Sequence record: NC_061446.1 | Length of the DNA stretch: 64,000 nucleotides | Direction: 5' to 3' (one strand) | In this document: positions 1 through 9,523 of the stretch, piece after piece | How the letters are laid out: each line of letters begins with the position of its first letter | How positions within the stretch are numbered: the stretch's first letter is position 1 | Translations under genes and position numbers: made by a program | The notes under the pieces: model-generated | Databases searched by the model: none | What the model saw: the letters and a program-made list of their open reading frames with translations, nothing else | Told to the model about the DNA's origin: nothing

Positions 1-496
1 CTCAAATCATTCAACTCCGAGTTGCCTTGAGCATTCGGGGTTGTATAAAGAGAACTGGATATGCTCTGCAAACGCAGACCGAGCTTCTCAAGTTCCTGTT
101 GGCTCCCACCTAACTTCTCAAGCACTTCGCGCATAAGCTCGACGGAAACTTGATGGTCCTGGGATTGTTGAGAGATGATTCGTTCGAAGCGCTGCATAGC
201 ACGAAGAACGGAGTTCAAGCCCTCTTTCATATCCAAATTATCCACTGGCGCAGAGTCAGAGATTGATTGAAGCATCCTCATCATCTGCGCCAGATCAGCT
301 TGCAGTACGTCGCTGTCGGGGTTGACAACGGTGGCCGCCGCTTCCAGTTCTGCGTTCCGCTCCTTCAATTGTTCCAGTTCTTCAAGCTGGGGCAGTATCT
401 TCCACCAAACATAGGCACCGCCTAGGATCAGCAGAACAACAGAGAAGACAGTCGCATAGTTGGACGCAAGCAACTTGTATAAAATATCCGCCCACA
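1..496 (-). CDS. Membrane-anchored coiled-coil protein (runs off the window start; not in the ORF track)
   Basis: Manual translation from ATG at 496: MWADILYKLLASNYATVFSVVLLILGGAYVWWKILPQLEELEQLKERNAELE..., open to position 1. One N-terminal TM segment followed by heptad-like helices. Confidence 0.75.
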
Positions 497-502
497 TTAT
501 AT

Positions 503-787
503 TCAACCCTTACAGGTGTTATCGTTCAGATCGACAATAATCCTCTCGGCACCTGGTTCGTTTACGTCAGTGGTTTTGTACGTGTGCGCCATCCGAGGCT
601 TGAACTCTAAGCAACTCTGTCCATAACGTCCATCGACAACACAAATGGCAGACAAGCAGCTCACATCTTCCTTGAGTATCAAGTTTTCAGGAGATTCGTT
701 GGCACTCCTAACAGCAGTGATCACGAAACCAACCACAGCGAGGGAAATGGCAACAGTAATCGCAATCCTAAGTCGCTTGGCTTGCAT
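503..787 (-). CDS. Small membrane/exported protein, 94 aa
   Basis: Basic N-terminus then hydrophobic segment (LRIAITVAISLAVVGFVITAV); three Cys; GCTAATTT motif 35 nt upstream. Confidence 0.7.
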   Translation of the reverse strand: MQAKRLRIAITVAISLAVVGFVITAVRSANESPENLILKEDVSCLSAICVVDGRYGQSCLEFKPRMAHTYKTTDVNEPGAERIIVDLNDNTCKG

Positions 788-822
788 TTCGGGTTATACC
801 TCATGATCCTTTTATCTGCTTG

Positions 823-830
823 AAATTAGC
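823..830 (-). promoter_or_regulatory. GCTAATTT putative late-promoter motif
   Basis: Same octamer lies 24-43 nt upstream of six minus-strand starts. Confidence 0.6.
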
Positions 831-851
831 GAACCACTCGCATCTAGGAGG

Positions 852-1877
852 TTATTCCTCCAAGACACCACTAATTTCCGCAAACATGTTCTTGTAGACC
901 AAAGAACCATCCAGCTTGTCTAGGCGTTCAGGAAGAACGTACAGCTTAGGTGAAGTACGCATGTTCACCCAAGTTTTCTCATTACGATCAAGTCCTCCAA
1001 GTATCGGGACAATGACCATACTGAGGTTTCTATTCGCTCTAACAAAGCCAATGTCAATATGCTTCCTGTTAATGCTTATGAACAGCTTGTTGATTGCGTC
1101 CAAACCAACAGGCCTATTGAATTCCGTATCGCTAACTGTATTGACCAAGCTAATGAGAATACCCCTGTCTCTGCTCTCTATATCAAACAAATCAGACTTC
1201 AAATCAGCAACGGTCGATGCGGAGAAGTAGGAGACGTCATGTCCGTAGTCTTTGAGACAGGCACCAAGCGCACGGGCTGATTCAATATGCGCTATGTTGT
1301 CATCTCTCAGAATGTAGACTGGAGCGTCAGCCTGATACGTTCTCTGAGTCATTAAGTTGATAAGATCACACGAGGGCTTGCCAACAGCGGCCAAGCCCTT
1401 ATTCGCAATGTAAAACTTGTCGCGGTACACATCGTACACGTTTGGTGGCATATACTTCATGTAATCATCGTCCAGACTAAGTATCATGCGAGGCTTAGTG
1501 AGCTGGACGACAAGTTGCATACTACGAAGCGATGCTCTATATTCCGTGTCAGACAGCACACGACTTATCGGAAGATACTGCACAACTACGAACCGGTCAT
1601 CAATGGAATCGACAACCGACCGTATTAACGTACTGCCTAGCGTTGGCCCAGCAGAGAATTGGGTAACGATCATTAAGCCATTTTCAACTAAGCCTTTCGA
1701 CTCAGATAGCGTCATGCCGTTACCCGTCTGCTTTACCGCGCGCTCCCACGTTATTGAGGGTTCGTCACGCTGATCGGCATGTACATTAACTGCGCCACCC
1801 CAGAGACAGGCTCCAAGAAGGTAAGCAGCAATACGTTGTCTGGATCGGCTTCTGCTGGATTGACCGTGTCCGGCCAT
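852..1877 (-). CDS. Secreted/periplasmic protein, possibly a periplasmic-binding-protein-like fold
   Basis: Signal peptide RQRIAAYLLGACLWGGAVNVHA|D; SD GAGAGGAG 7 nt before the ATG; alternating alpha/beta pattern. Fold assignment is inference. Confidence 0.7.
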   Translation of the reverse strand: MAGHGQSSRSRSRQRIAAYLLGACLWGGAVNVHADQRDEPSITWERAVKQTGNGMTLSESKGLVENGLMIVTQFSAGPTLGSTLIRSVVDSIDDRFVVVQYLPISRVLSDTEYRASLRSMQLVVQLTKPRMILSLDDDYMKYMPPNVYDVYRDKFYIANKGLAAVGKPSCDLINLMTQRTYQADAPVYILRDDNIAHIESARALGACLKDYGHDVSYFSASTVADLKSDLFDIESRDRGILISLVNTVSDTEFNRPVGLDAINKLFISINRKHIDIGFVRANRNLSMVIVPILGGLDRNEKTWVNMRTSPKLYVLPERLDKLDGSLVYKNMFAEISGVLEE

Positions 1878-2575
1878 AGCACTTCTCCTCTCTCGTCAGT
1901 GACGTAAGGAATGCCGGAGCCCTTGCCCAATCCATGACGCAAAGCCCATACGGTGTCGGCATTCTCCTGCACGAACACTAACCCTTTGACTGTTGCTTCA
2001 TCTGTAGCCTGTTCCAGAATCTCAACACGCGCACTAAGAAGCTGAGTGTCAGACTGGATGGTACGAATCGCAGCAAGGTTAGAGTTAACGCGCTGGTTCA
2101 TGTTGTTAAACATGGTGAAGAACGAGTTGTTCATCGAAGTGCGAACGCCGTCCGTATAGGACTTGGGAATCAGTTCATCGTTGTCGTAGACGGTGACGCC
2201 TGAGCGCACGAGAACTTTACCGGTAAGACGTCCACCACTTGCGCTGATAATCTGAGGCGCAGGCAAATCAGCTTCGTCCCAGACTTGAACAGTGGTCATC
2301 ACCGTATTGTAGTCAGTCTCCTCCTGCCACGTATTTTTGTACGGAGCAGTAGCAGTCTTGGACTTACGGCGCATCACTTTTTTATAGTTCGCGCTCGTTC
2401 CGTCCGCGATGATCCAGAGACCGTTTAGTGGAAAGACGTGAGTAACAGGCTCAGCAAACGCGAGAATAATCGTAACGTCTGCCCCAACCTTATACACAAT
2501 GTTATTCGACGCTGACAGACCTTGCTGCTGGGCAAGACTAATCAACGTGTCCACGTAGTTAGTCAACTGACTCAT
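1751..2575 (-). CDS. Virion fibre-associated protein, 274 aa
   Basis: Short coiled coil; C-terminal WALRHGLG...PDTV...NVLLLTFLEPVSGVA motif of a type seen in phage fibre proteins. Confidence 0.6.
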   Translation of the reverse strand: MSQLTNYVDTLISLAQQQGLSASNNIVYKVGADVTIILAFAEPVTHVFPLNGLWIIADGTSANYKKVMRRKSKTATAPYKNTWQEETDYNTVMTTVQVWDEADLPAPQIISASGGRLTGKVLVRSGVTVYDNDELIPKSYTDGVRTSMNNSFFTMFNNMNQRVNSNLAAIRTIQSDTQLLSARVEILEQATDEATVKGLVFVQENADTVWALRHGLGKGSGIPYVTDERGEVLWPDTVNPAEADPDNVLLLTFLEPVSGVAQLMYMPISVTNPQ

Positions 2576-3044
2576 CCGAGACTCCTAACGATTGAAGAAT
2601 TGTAGAACTTACATCGGAGAAGGCTTTAGCGATCAGTTTGGCAGCAGCCTTATCGACAACAAGTGTGCTGATTTTCCCTTTGGTGTTACACACAATAGTT
2701 TGCGGTGCGTATTGTGCGAGAGCCAAAGCGAATAGCAGATGGTTGCCTAGGTCACCAGTGATACTTACCTCTACGTCAAGCTCAGGCACGTAGATGTTCT
2801 GATTGATTCCGGCAACAAACTGCGCCAGCGCAACAGGGTCGAAGACAGGAGGCGCTGTGTCGTAATCCTCAGCAAGGTCAATTTGACCCGTCTCAGGATA
2901 GAAGCGAAAGGCCGCAGGGTCACTGATGATTCTGCCAAACAGTTCATCACTAACCTCAATGCAATCGTTGCCCGTCACTTCACGAACACGACCAACAATA
3001 GCGTTGGTCGTTAAGTTGATTCGAATTATCGGCATATTAATCAC
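2559..3044 (-). CDS. Putative tail-fibre assembly chaperone-like protein
   Basis: 161 aa, translationally coupled directly downstream of a collagen fibre gene. Confidence 0.5.
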   Translation of the reverse strand: MINMPIIRINLTTNAIVGRVREVTGNDCIEVSDELFGRIISDPAAFRFYPETGQIDLAEDYDTAPPVFDPVALAQFVAGINQNIYVPELDVEVSITGDLGNHLLFALALAQYAPQTIVCNTKGKISTLVVDKAAAKLIAKAFSDVSSTILQSLGVSDESVD

Positions 3045-3858
3045 CTACCGCAGTATACCAGAAGTCCCAACCAGCAGTGTTCGTGCCAGTAGACTTGATG
3101 GTGAAACCGCCTAACAAGGCGTTCTCATTCATCGCGCTCGTACCGTCCAGATTGTAGAGCTGGTAGGTCTTCGCTTGGTTGAGTGCAGCGTTCACGAAGG
3201 TAATCTGAATGCTGATACAACGGTTGATGAATGCCGTGTTAAACACAACGTGGATTGTATCAGTAGTTGACGCGTTCACGACTCGACCCATGTTCTGAGT
3301 AAAGCCAGTGTTCATATCACGGTTACTGCCAATCCATGCGTTCGGTATTACAGCGCCGGTCACAGGGTTAAGAGCTTGTGCTGTACGATATTCGTCGATA
3401 GCAGCATCTCGACCAGGACTACCAGTAGGTCCAGTAGGACCCGTAGGACCCACAGAGCCAGTGTTACCGGTAGCGCCGACAGGCCCAGTGTTACCTGTCG
3501 GTCCATTACGACCACGCGGTCCGCGAGGGCCCGGGCAGCCGTCTTCACCGTCACGCCCATCACGACCGTTAGCACCAGGAAGGCCGCGCAGACCTTCTTT
3601 ACCCTGTTTACCTTCGCGTCCTGACTTGAGCTGGTCGGCAGTAGGCAGCCCGATAACACTAGACTGACTACCATCTGGCCAAATGACTGTTAGAGTACCT
3701 GTAGTTGTGTCGAACTCCACACCCTGAGAGCCGGGAATCTTCGCAGCTTCTGTAGGGTCAATAAACTCTACAGATGTGCTAGTCTTCTTACCTAACACTT
3801 TGCCGATAGGGTATGCACCGCCGTCGATAAGTGAAGGATTAATCTTTGTAAGAGACAT
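3037..3858 (-). CDS. Collagen-like fibre protein 1
   Basis: About 24 uninterrupted Gly-X-Y triplets (GREGKQG...[13 protein letters not shown]) preceded by the FDTTTGTLT...GLPT module. Confidence 0.9.
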   Translation of the reverse strand: MSLTKINPSLIDGGAYPIGKVLGKKTSTSVEFIDPTEAAKIPGSQGVEFDTTTGTLTVIWPDGSQSSVIGLPTADQLKSGREGKQGKEGLRGLPGANGRDGRDGEDGCPGPRGPRGRNGPTGNTGPVGATGNTGSVGPTGPTGPTGSPGRDAAIDEYRTAQALNPVTGAVIPNAWIGSNRDMNTGFTQNMGRVVNASTTDTIHVVFNTAFINRCISIQITFVNAALNQAKTYQLYNLDGTSAMNENALLGGFTIKSTGTNTAGWDFWYTAVGD

Positions 3859-3869
3859 GGGCTAAACTC

Positions 3870-4073
3870 CTAACCAGTCAGTGTTGTCCAATCAGGTTGG
3901 CCCGCCTGTCCGGTTTCTGGATTCTTGACCTTCGTGTTATTGACTGTCATACGAACCCAACGCACACTTCCGTCTGCATCTTGAAACCGAACCTTCGTTC
4001 CACCGTAAGCTAAATTAGCTACCCACCTGTCTCTGCTTGGATCTTTGAATGCTAAACGTGCATAAGCAGGCAT
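3870..4073 (-). CDS. Small fibre-associated protein, 67 aa (start revised to ATG 4073)
   Basis: AAGGAG SD before MPAYARLAFKD; resembles the N-terminus of 7003..9012. Confidence 0.7.
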   Translation of the reverse strand: MPAYARLAFKDPSRDRWVANLAYGGTKVRFQDADGSVRWVRMTVNNTKVKNPETGQAGQPDWTTLTG

Positions 4074-4083
4074 ATGAATCTCC

Positions 4084-6987
4084 TTAGTGCAGAATCTCGT
4101 CAGGTTCCCAGCACAAAATAGGTCTGCGCCATACTTGGAACACACCGATTGGTGCCGCGCGCGCATCGTCAATGAAGCAGTCCATGGTTCGTCCACCACT
4201 GTTACCGCTTTTCATCAACGTCTGCAAGTCAGACAACCAAGAAGCACGGCCACCAGAGTCAGCTTCGAACAACCCTTCCCATACCATATCGAATGCGCCG
4301 TTCCATGCGTTAAAGTGGTGAGACGAGTACGCACCATCACTGACTGTACACAGCACCATGTATTGATAATCTTTGACGCAAGGGATCATGTAGTTATTCC
4401 CGCGCGGCACAGTGGTACTGTTATTGTTGAAGATACACTCCCAACCAGTGCGGTCGGCAGAACCTGTAGTGAGATACAAAGGCCTACGAATGATCATCAT
4501 AATGCCGTTCTCACCGCCACGGTCGCTAGACTTCTCGCAATACGCATTGCATCGCAGCGAACGGTCAACAGTAAACGTGGTAGAGTTTGAGAAGTCACGA
4601 GTGTAGTAGTTCGACCCCCACTTTGGCAAATACTCTGCTGGTGGAACGAAGAAGTGACGTTCGGCCAGCTCAAGTTCACCGTAGCGGTCATACGAGAATA
4701 CGATGTACTCATAACCAGCATCAATCTGAATGTTATGGCCTTGAGAGCCTGGGCCACTCCACTTCCAATGCACCTGCCAGTCGTTTGAGTCACGAGCAGG
4801 TACACCAGTAATCAAATTGTATTTGCGCTCATAGATATGCCACACTTTCCCTTCTTCGGTCGTATTGATATACAACGAGTTTGGGTCATTGATGTTACCG
4901 TTTTCAGTGCCGCAATAAATCTTATGGGATGCACCAGCAGAGTTATAGATAGTACCGCCACCACCGCCGCCGAACATCTCCCAGTTCATCATCAGGTGAG
5001 AGGTACACATTTCGTTCTGACCACTACCATCAGACGTTGTAATCAAATACTCATTCAGGTCCTTGAACGGGTACTTAACGTAGCGGTTGTTGGCTCGATT
5101 GACAACATGCACCCAATCGTGAGACTGAACAAGAGGCTTAGGTGCGCATGGGTTTTCGACAGAGATAACGAACGTCTTTGTCTCATACATAGGCAGTTTC
5201 TTGAAGCGGTTATCACGGAACGTTGACGTATACTTGGCGCCAAAGAATTTGCTCATGTCAGGCACATCAAGAGTCTTGCCGTAGCGAATGCGCATACCAC
5301 GTCCGTTCTCAAGTGCCGCTTGGTTAATCTGCGTCTGAGGAGTGATAGCATTCGTGCCTGTCACATACGGCCAGCCGTTACCGTCGAAGTCAAAGCCTAC
5401 ATCGAACGTAGCATTCGGATCATTATCCTTTTCGCCTTTCAACATCTCAACGATAGCGTTACCTTCTCCGAGTCCCGGGCTACCGAAGCAGCAATACGCA
5501 GCACGATAGTAGAAGTTCGGGCCGTCGAAGATACGGCGTGATGCACCGATGCGATACATAGCAGCGTCGAGGCCGCTAGCTTTGCGGTTGTAGGACGCTT
5601 CATCGAACATCGTAATCAGCACCCAATACGCACTGCTAATCGAGTTCAAGTATGCAGCCATCTGACCCGCATTAACCAAACCACTACCCTTACCCTCTCC
5701 ACCATCACCATGCACATCAAACTGACGACGCTCAACAACTTGCAACGACACTTTATCAATCTTGTAGACTGAATAGCTTCGCGCTTCTGCGTAGCGAGTA
5801 CCGTTGATGATCGTATAACCAGGGTTTGTCTGAGGTGTATAGTTTGAGCCGGAGCCAGGCACACCGTAGCCTACAGCGTGGAAGAAGATACGCCCACGAT
5901 TGACAAGTGATTGATCTGTGTTGTTATACCACGAGATACTGTGCGTCTTATTCGCAAGGCCAGCAGCCCAGTTGTCGGGCTTGGATGGGAATGTATACGC
6001 ATCGAAGTTGGCTTCGTATCGCGTCCCTGGGTCTACGCAGCATACGTCACTAAAGAACGGAGGCGTATATGCCTGAGTGTCATCGTTAATATCGACAGTA
6101 CCGCACCAGAACGGAATCCATGTGCCTGGCTGCCCTGACATTGAAGTCTGGCGAGCACCACCTGTGTCAGTGAAGCGATAGCCTTGAGCACTACGGAATC
6201 CCTGCGTAAGATGAAGCTGGCCGACTTGGTTCCACGCGATATGATCACCGTACTGAGCAACTTGACGGTTACGCGCAGTCTTGGTAGCAACAATGCTTGT
6301 GGTCTTCTGCGTACTAATACCGATCTGAGAGAAGATGGCATTAAAGTTAGCAGCGCCTTCACCAGGACCTTTTTGAAGCACAACAAACGAGATACCCTCT
6401 TTGATGGCGTTAGCAATCGCATTGCACATCTGAGCAGGCATCGTCTGAGAAGTAGCAGATAAACAGAAAATGGTGAGAGCAAACTGTTTAAAGTATTGCT
6501 TATCACCATTGTAGCCGAATGCTCCGGCCTGTATCTCTGCGAGTGTGTGACTGTAAACGTTGTAGCGTTCGCGTTCAAGATAACGAGCGAACTGGCCCCA
6601 GTTGTTATAGGCTTTTGTCTCAGTCACCGAAGCGCCATCGGACATGAGTAGAATATCATACCCATGAGTGAAGTTGCAGTTCATATCCATCATCAGGCGG
6701 ATATGGCGCAGCGCCCCAACAGCTTGGTTAAACTGAGTGTTGTTGTAGTTACCAATCCAACCGTAACCTTCAACGATGTTAAACGAATATGGCGTAACGA
6801 AATCGCCGTTCATGAATGCACTACCAAAGCCACAGATGTAGCCGGATGCGTGTCCATCAACTGCAATACTCGTTAGCGTTGAAAAATCTGGGCTCATGCC
6901 TGCGTCAGCGGAGCCAGGGTTATTCGAGGCTGACCCCGAATAACCGCTGGTGATTCCACGCAGATATAGACAGCTTTGTTTCAGCAT
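4084..6987 (-). CDS. Large fibre/receptor-binding-like protein with an ILEI/PANDER-like (GG-type lectin) domain
   Basis: Segment YSVYKIDK...RQFDVHGD...AAYLNSI...VLITMFDEAS...LDAAMYRIGAS...YRAAYCCFGSPGLGEG follows the ILEI pattern (approx. 5390-5775). Confidence 0.7.
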   Translation of the reverse strand: MLKQSCLYLRGITSGYSGSASNNPGSADAGMSPDFSTLTSIAVDGHASGYICGFGSAFMNGDFVTPYSFNIVEGYGWIGNYNNTQFNQAVGALRHIRLMMDMNCNFTHGYDILLMSDGASVTETKAYNNWGQFARYLERERYNVYSHTLAEIQAGAFGYNGDKQYFKQFALTIFCLSATSQTMPAQMCNAIANAIKEGISFVVLQKGPGEGAANFNAIFSQIGISTQKTTSIVATKTARNRQVAQYGDHIAWNQVGQLHLTQGFRSAQGYRFTDTGGARQTSMSGQPGTWIPFWCGTVDINDDTQAYTPPFFSDVCCVDPGTRYEANFDAYTFPSKPDNWAAGLANKTHSISWYNNTDQSLVNRGRIFFHAVGYGVPGSGSNYTPQTNPGYTIINGTRYAEARSYSVYKIDKVSLQVVERRQFDVHGDGGEGKGSGLVNAGQMAAYLNSISSAYWVLITMFDEASYNRKASGLDAAMYRIGASRRIFDGPNFYYRAAYCCFGSPGLGEGNAIVEMLKGEKDNDPNATFDVGFDFDGNGWPYVTGTNAITPQTQINQAALENGRGMRIRYGKTLDVPDMSKFFGAKYTSTFRDNRFKKLPMYETKTFVISVENPCAPKPLVQSHDWVHVVNRANNRYVKYPFKDLNEYLITTSDGSGQNEMCTSHLMMNWEMFGGGGGGTIYNSAGASHKIYCGTENGNINDPNSLYINTTEEGKVWHIYERKYNLITGVPARDSNDWQVHWKWSGPGSQGHNIQIDAGYEYIVFSYDRYGELELAERHFFVPPAEYLPKWGSNYYTRDFSNSTTFTVDRSLRCNAYCEKSSDRGGENGIMMIIRRPLYLTTGSADRTGWECIFNNNSTTVPRGNNYMIPCVKDYQYMVLCTVSDGAYSSHHFNAWNGAFDMVWEGLFEADSGGRASWLSDLQTLMKSGNSGGRTMDCFIDDARAAPIGVFQVWRRPILCWEPDEILH

Positions 6988-7002
6988 ATCTTCTGCATCC
7001 TG

Positions 7003-9012
7003 TTATTGATATACGACCTCAACGTTGATACGAAGGTCGATGTACTGCTCGCCGCTTTCTGGCGTGTACACAGTCACAATGCCAATCCAACCGTTAGCTG
7101 CTGTTGGTACTTGCACAAGCTCAGTCTGATATACGGAACCAGTCCAAGTGTACGAAGTCTTAGCGCTTACGATTGTACGGTCACCGATGCTAGTGCCCCA
7201 CGGCTCATACTCAAGCGTACCCCACAAGTCGCCGTGTTTCGTTTCGTTCGTCTTCTGGAAGTAACCACCAGTTGCTGCAACACGAGGCGTAACGTCACGG
7301 CCATAGCCAGAAGTAACGATACGAATACCATCGTCGGTACAGATACGGAAGTTGAAGTTAACTGTGTGGTCAACGTTACCGTAGTAGCGCAGAACACCTT
7401 TGCTCAACGTCCAACTGCTGGAAACATCATCAACGGACAGACAGCGATATGGAACAAGATAGTCAACCACGTCAAACTTAGGCGGCTGAATCGGGCAGTA
7501 TACAAAGTAAGACCAATCACATCCGATAGGCGCTGTCGCTCTGACTGTTATGTTGGAGCGTAACGTGTGCTCTGGGTACTTCCAGAACTCAAGCGTACCT
7601 GTCTTACCCGCCGCAACATATTCAGTATCAAGCAGGTTCATGTCTTGGTCGAATACCTCGAACTTGGTGTCAAAGGAGTTCGCTACGCAGACGACAAGGA
7701 CAGCGCGTTGATCAGTTTGTGTTCCTAACGCAAAATTATCTTCTGTCGTTGGGTGGCCGGCAGAGTAGACGCTGTAACTTTCACAAGGGTGCATGTATTC
7801 ACGCGCACCACGTTCACCAGGACAATACAGGCTGTAGAAGCAACTTGCAAGAGACGCAGCGTTACCAAAGTCTTTGCTGACTACGCGCACCATAATGTCA
7901 CAAGCGACGCCCTGAGGGTCAAAGTAGAAGTACAGATAACCTTCACCCGTCTTCGCGTCAAGCGTTGTTGCGATACGACGTCCTGCCTGATACACCTCGA
8001 TGAAGTCAAACGTTTCCCACGAAGTGTAGTCGAGATACATCCAGCCTGCCGTCCAACCAATGAAGTGATAGTATTCGAAGGCGTTAGCATTCTGAATACG
8101 TTCAGCGATAGGCCAAACAGTAGCGTGACACGGAGCAGGGAAGATAGGGCTGCCGATGTAGTCAGGATGAATAACGTCAGGGAAATTGATAACGTCATAT
8201 GATGCCTGACTATCAAGCGCTAACCCACCACGGTCAGAAGGCGCTGCGAGACGAGGCGGATAGACTTCGAGACTCCAGCCATATCCCTGAGTTGTACGCA
8301 CACGCACCATGATGCGCATATCAGCAGCGTCAGGGTCAAACTGGAATTTGATACGAGAGCGTCCAATCAGTTTACCACACGTTGAAGCAACACGCTCACC
8401 CATGTGGTATACGTCAACGCTTGCTCCACCAGGCGCATACGAGGCAATCATTAACTCAACGTAGCCTTCAATAGCAGGCATCGCATAGACTGTCTCTGTA
8501 ATCGTTGCACCACGCCCATGAACAGACGCATACGGCACGTTAGGGTTAGCATAGGTGCCTAGCCCTGCACGAGAAGCAACACCAGAAGGGTCGTATGATT
8601 CGAGGGTCTTGATGCCGGGTCGGTTAATAGATCGACCAGTAGGAGGAGCAAAAGAGTTGACGAGACCGAAGCCAGTGCGACCAGCATCAGGTAAGTCGAA
8701 CCCTGCAGGATAGCCTTTGAGTATATCGTATTTCTCACGACCGCCACTCCCTATCCCGTTACCAGAACCCTTGGTTGTTGATGTAGGACCGCCGCCACAC
8801 GCGCCCGTGTCAAGATTAGAGCACGGGTCATCGTATGTAGGGTCGAACGAGTCATCAATAAGATGCCAACGCTGACCCCATTGGTTACGCACACTAAACT
8901 TCTCTGGAGTTAAAGGCGTCCAGTCTCCCTCTCGTGTGCGTATGAACATGGGCGTGTCCACACAGTCATGCCAACCGTTATTCGCAGCGTTACGAACGCG
9001 AAAACGAGCCAT
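7003..9012 (-). CDS. Virion structural protein with three tandem beta-sandwich repeats
   Basis: Three ~80-aa repeats ending IMVRV..EVYPP / IMVRV..LYCP / ITVRA..VYCP. Confidence 0.7.
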   Translation of the reverse strand: MARFRVRNAANNGWHDCVDTPMFIRTREGDWTPLTPEKFSVRNQWGQRWHLIDDSFDPTYDDPCSNLDTGACGGGPTSTTKGSGNGIGSGGREKYDILKGYPAGFDLPDAGRTGFGLVNSFAPPTGRSINRPGIKTLESYDPSGVASRAGLGTYANPNVPYASVHGRGATITETVYAMPAIEGYVELMIASYAPGGASVDVYHMGERVASTCGKLIGRSRIKFQFDPDAADMRIMVRVRTTQGYGWSLEVYPPRLAAPSDRGGLALDSQASYDVINFPDVIHPDYIGSPIFPAPCHATVWPIAERIQNANAFEYYHFIGWTAGWMYLDYTSWETFDFIEVYQAGRRIATTLDAKTGEGYLYFYFDPQGVACDIMVRVVSKDFGNAASLASCFYSLYCPGERGAREYMHPCESYSVYSAGHPTTEDNFALGTQTDQRAVLVVCVANSFDTKFEVFDQDMNLLDTEYVAAGKTGTLEFWKYPEHTLRSNITVRATAPIGCDWSYFVYCPIQPPKFDVVDYLVPYRCLSVDDVSSSWTLSKGVLRYYGNVDHTVNFNFRICTDDGIRIVTSGYGRDVTPRVAATGGYFQKTNETKHGDLWGTLEYEPWGTSIGDRTIVSAKTSYTWTGSVYQTELVQVPTAANGWIGIVTVYTPESGEQYIDLRINVEVVYQ

Positions 9013-9021
9013 GATTTCTCC

Positions 9022-9513
9022 TTATGGACGTACCCAGATGGCGCCTGGTGGAATCTCTTGTTCGATAGCAGGGTCGGTATCTTGAACGAACACGGCCACG
9101 ACACCAGGATTACCAGGAGCGCCAGTAGGACCCGTAGGGCCTGTAGGACCAGCAGGGCCTCGGTTACCTACCCAGCCTTGCTTGCCTTGCAGACCATCAT
9201 TACCACGAGGGCCGGGACAGCCGTCAGTACCACGACGACCATCGTTACCCATGAGACCGTCAATACCGTCACGACCAGATGGACCTACGCCACCAGCAGG
9301 ACCGTAACCGATACTATGAATAGTAGGCAGCCCAGAGATTTGCAGCTTGCCAATATTGGGGATGTTGATTGCCAACAGACCAGTAAGCTGATCGAAAGAA
9401 CCGAAAAGCTGGCTGTCGTCTTCTGACGTATCAACGTTAATCCCACCTTGAGTCGCTACAACAGGACCAGATGCGTTGGCCTTGATAAGCGATATATCAA
9501 CCTTCTCTACCAT
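9022..9513 (-). CDS. Collagen-like fibre protein 2
   Basis: Gly-X-Y run with GCPG; GLPT module; C-terminal PGAIWVRP. Confidence 0.9.
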   Translation of the reverse strand: MVEKVDISLIKANASGPVVATQGGINVDTSEDDSQLFGSFDQLTGLLAINIPNIGKLQISGLPTIHSIGYGPAGGVGPSGRDGIDGLMGNDGRRGTDGCPGPRGNDGLQGKQGWVGNRGPAGPTGPTGPTGAPGNPGVVAVFVQDTDPAIEQEIPPGAIWVRP

Positions 9514-9523
9514 AACAACTCCC

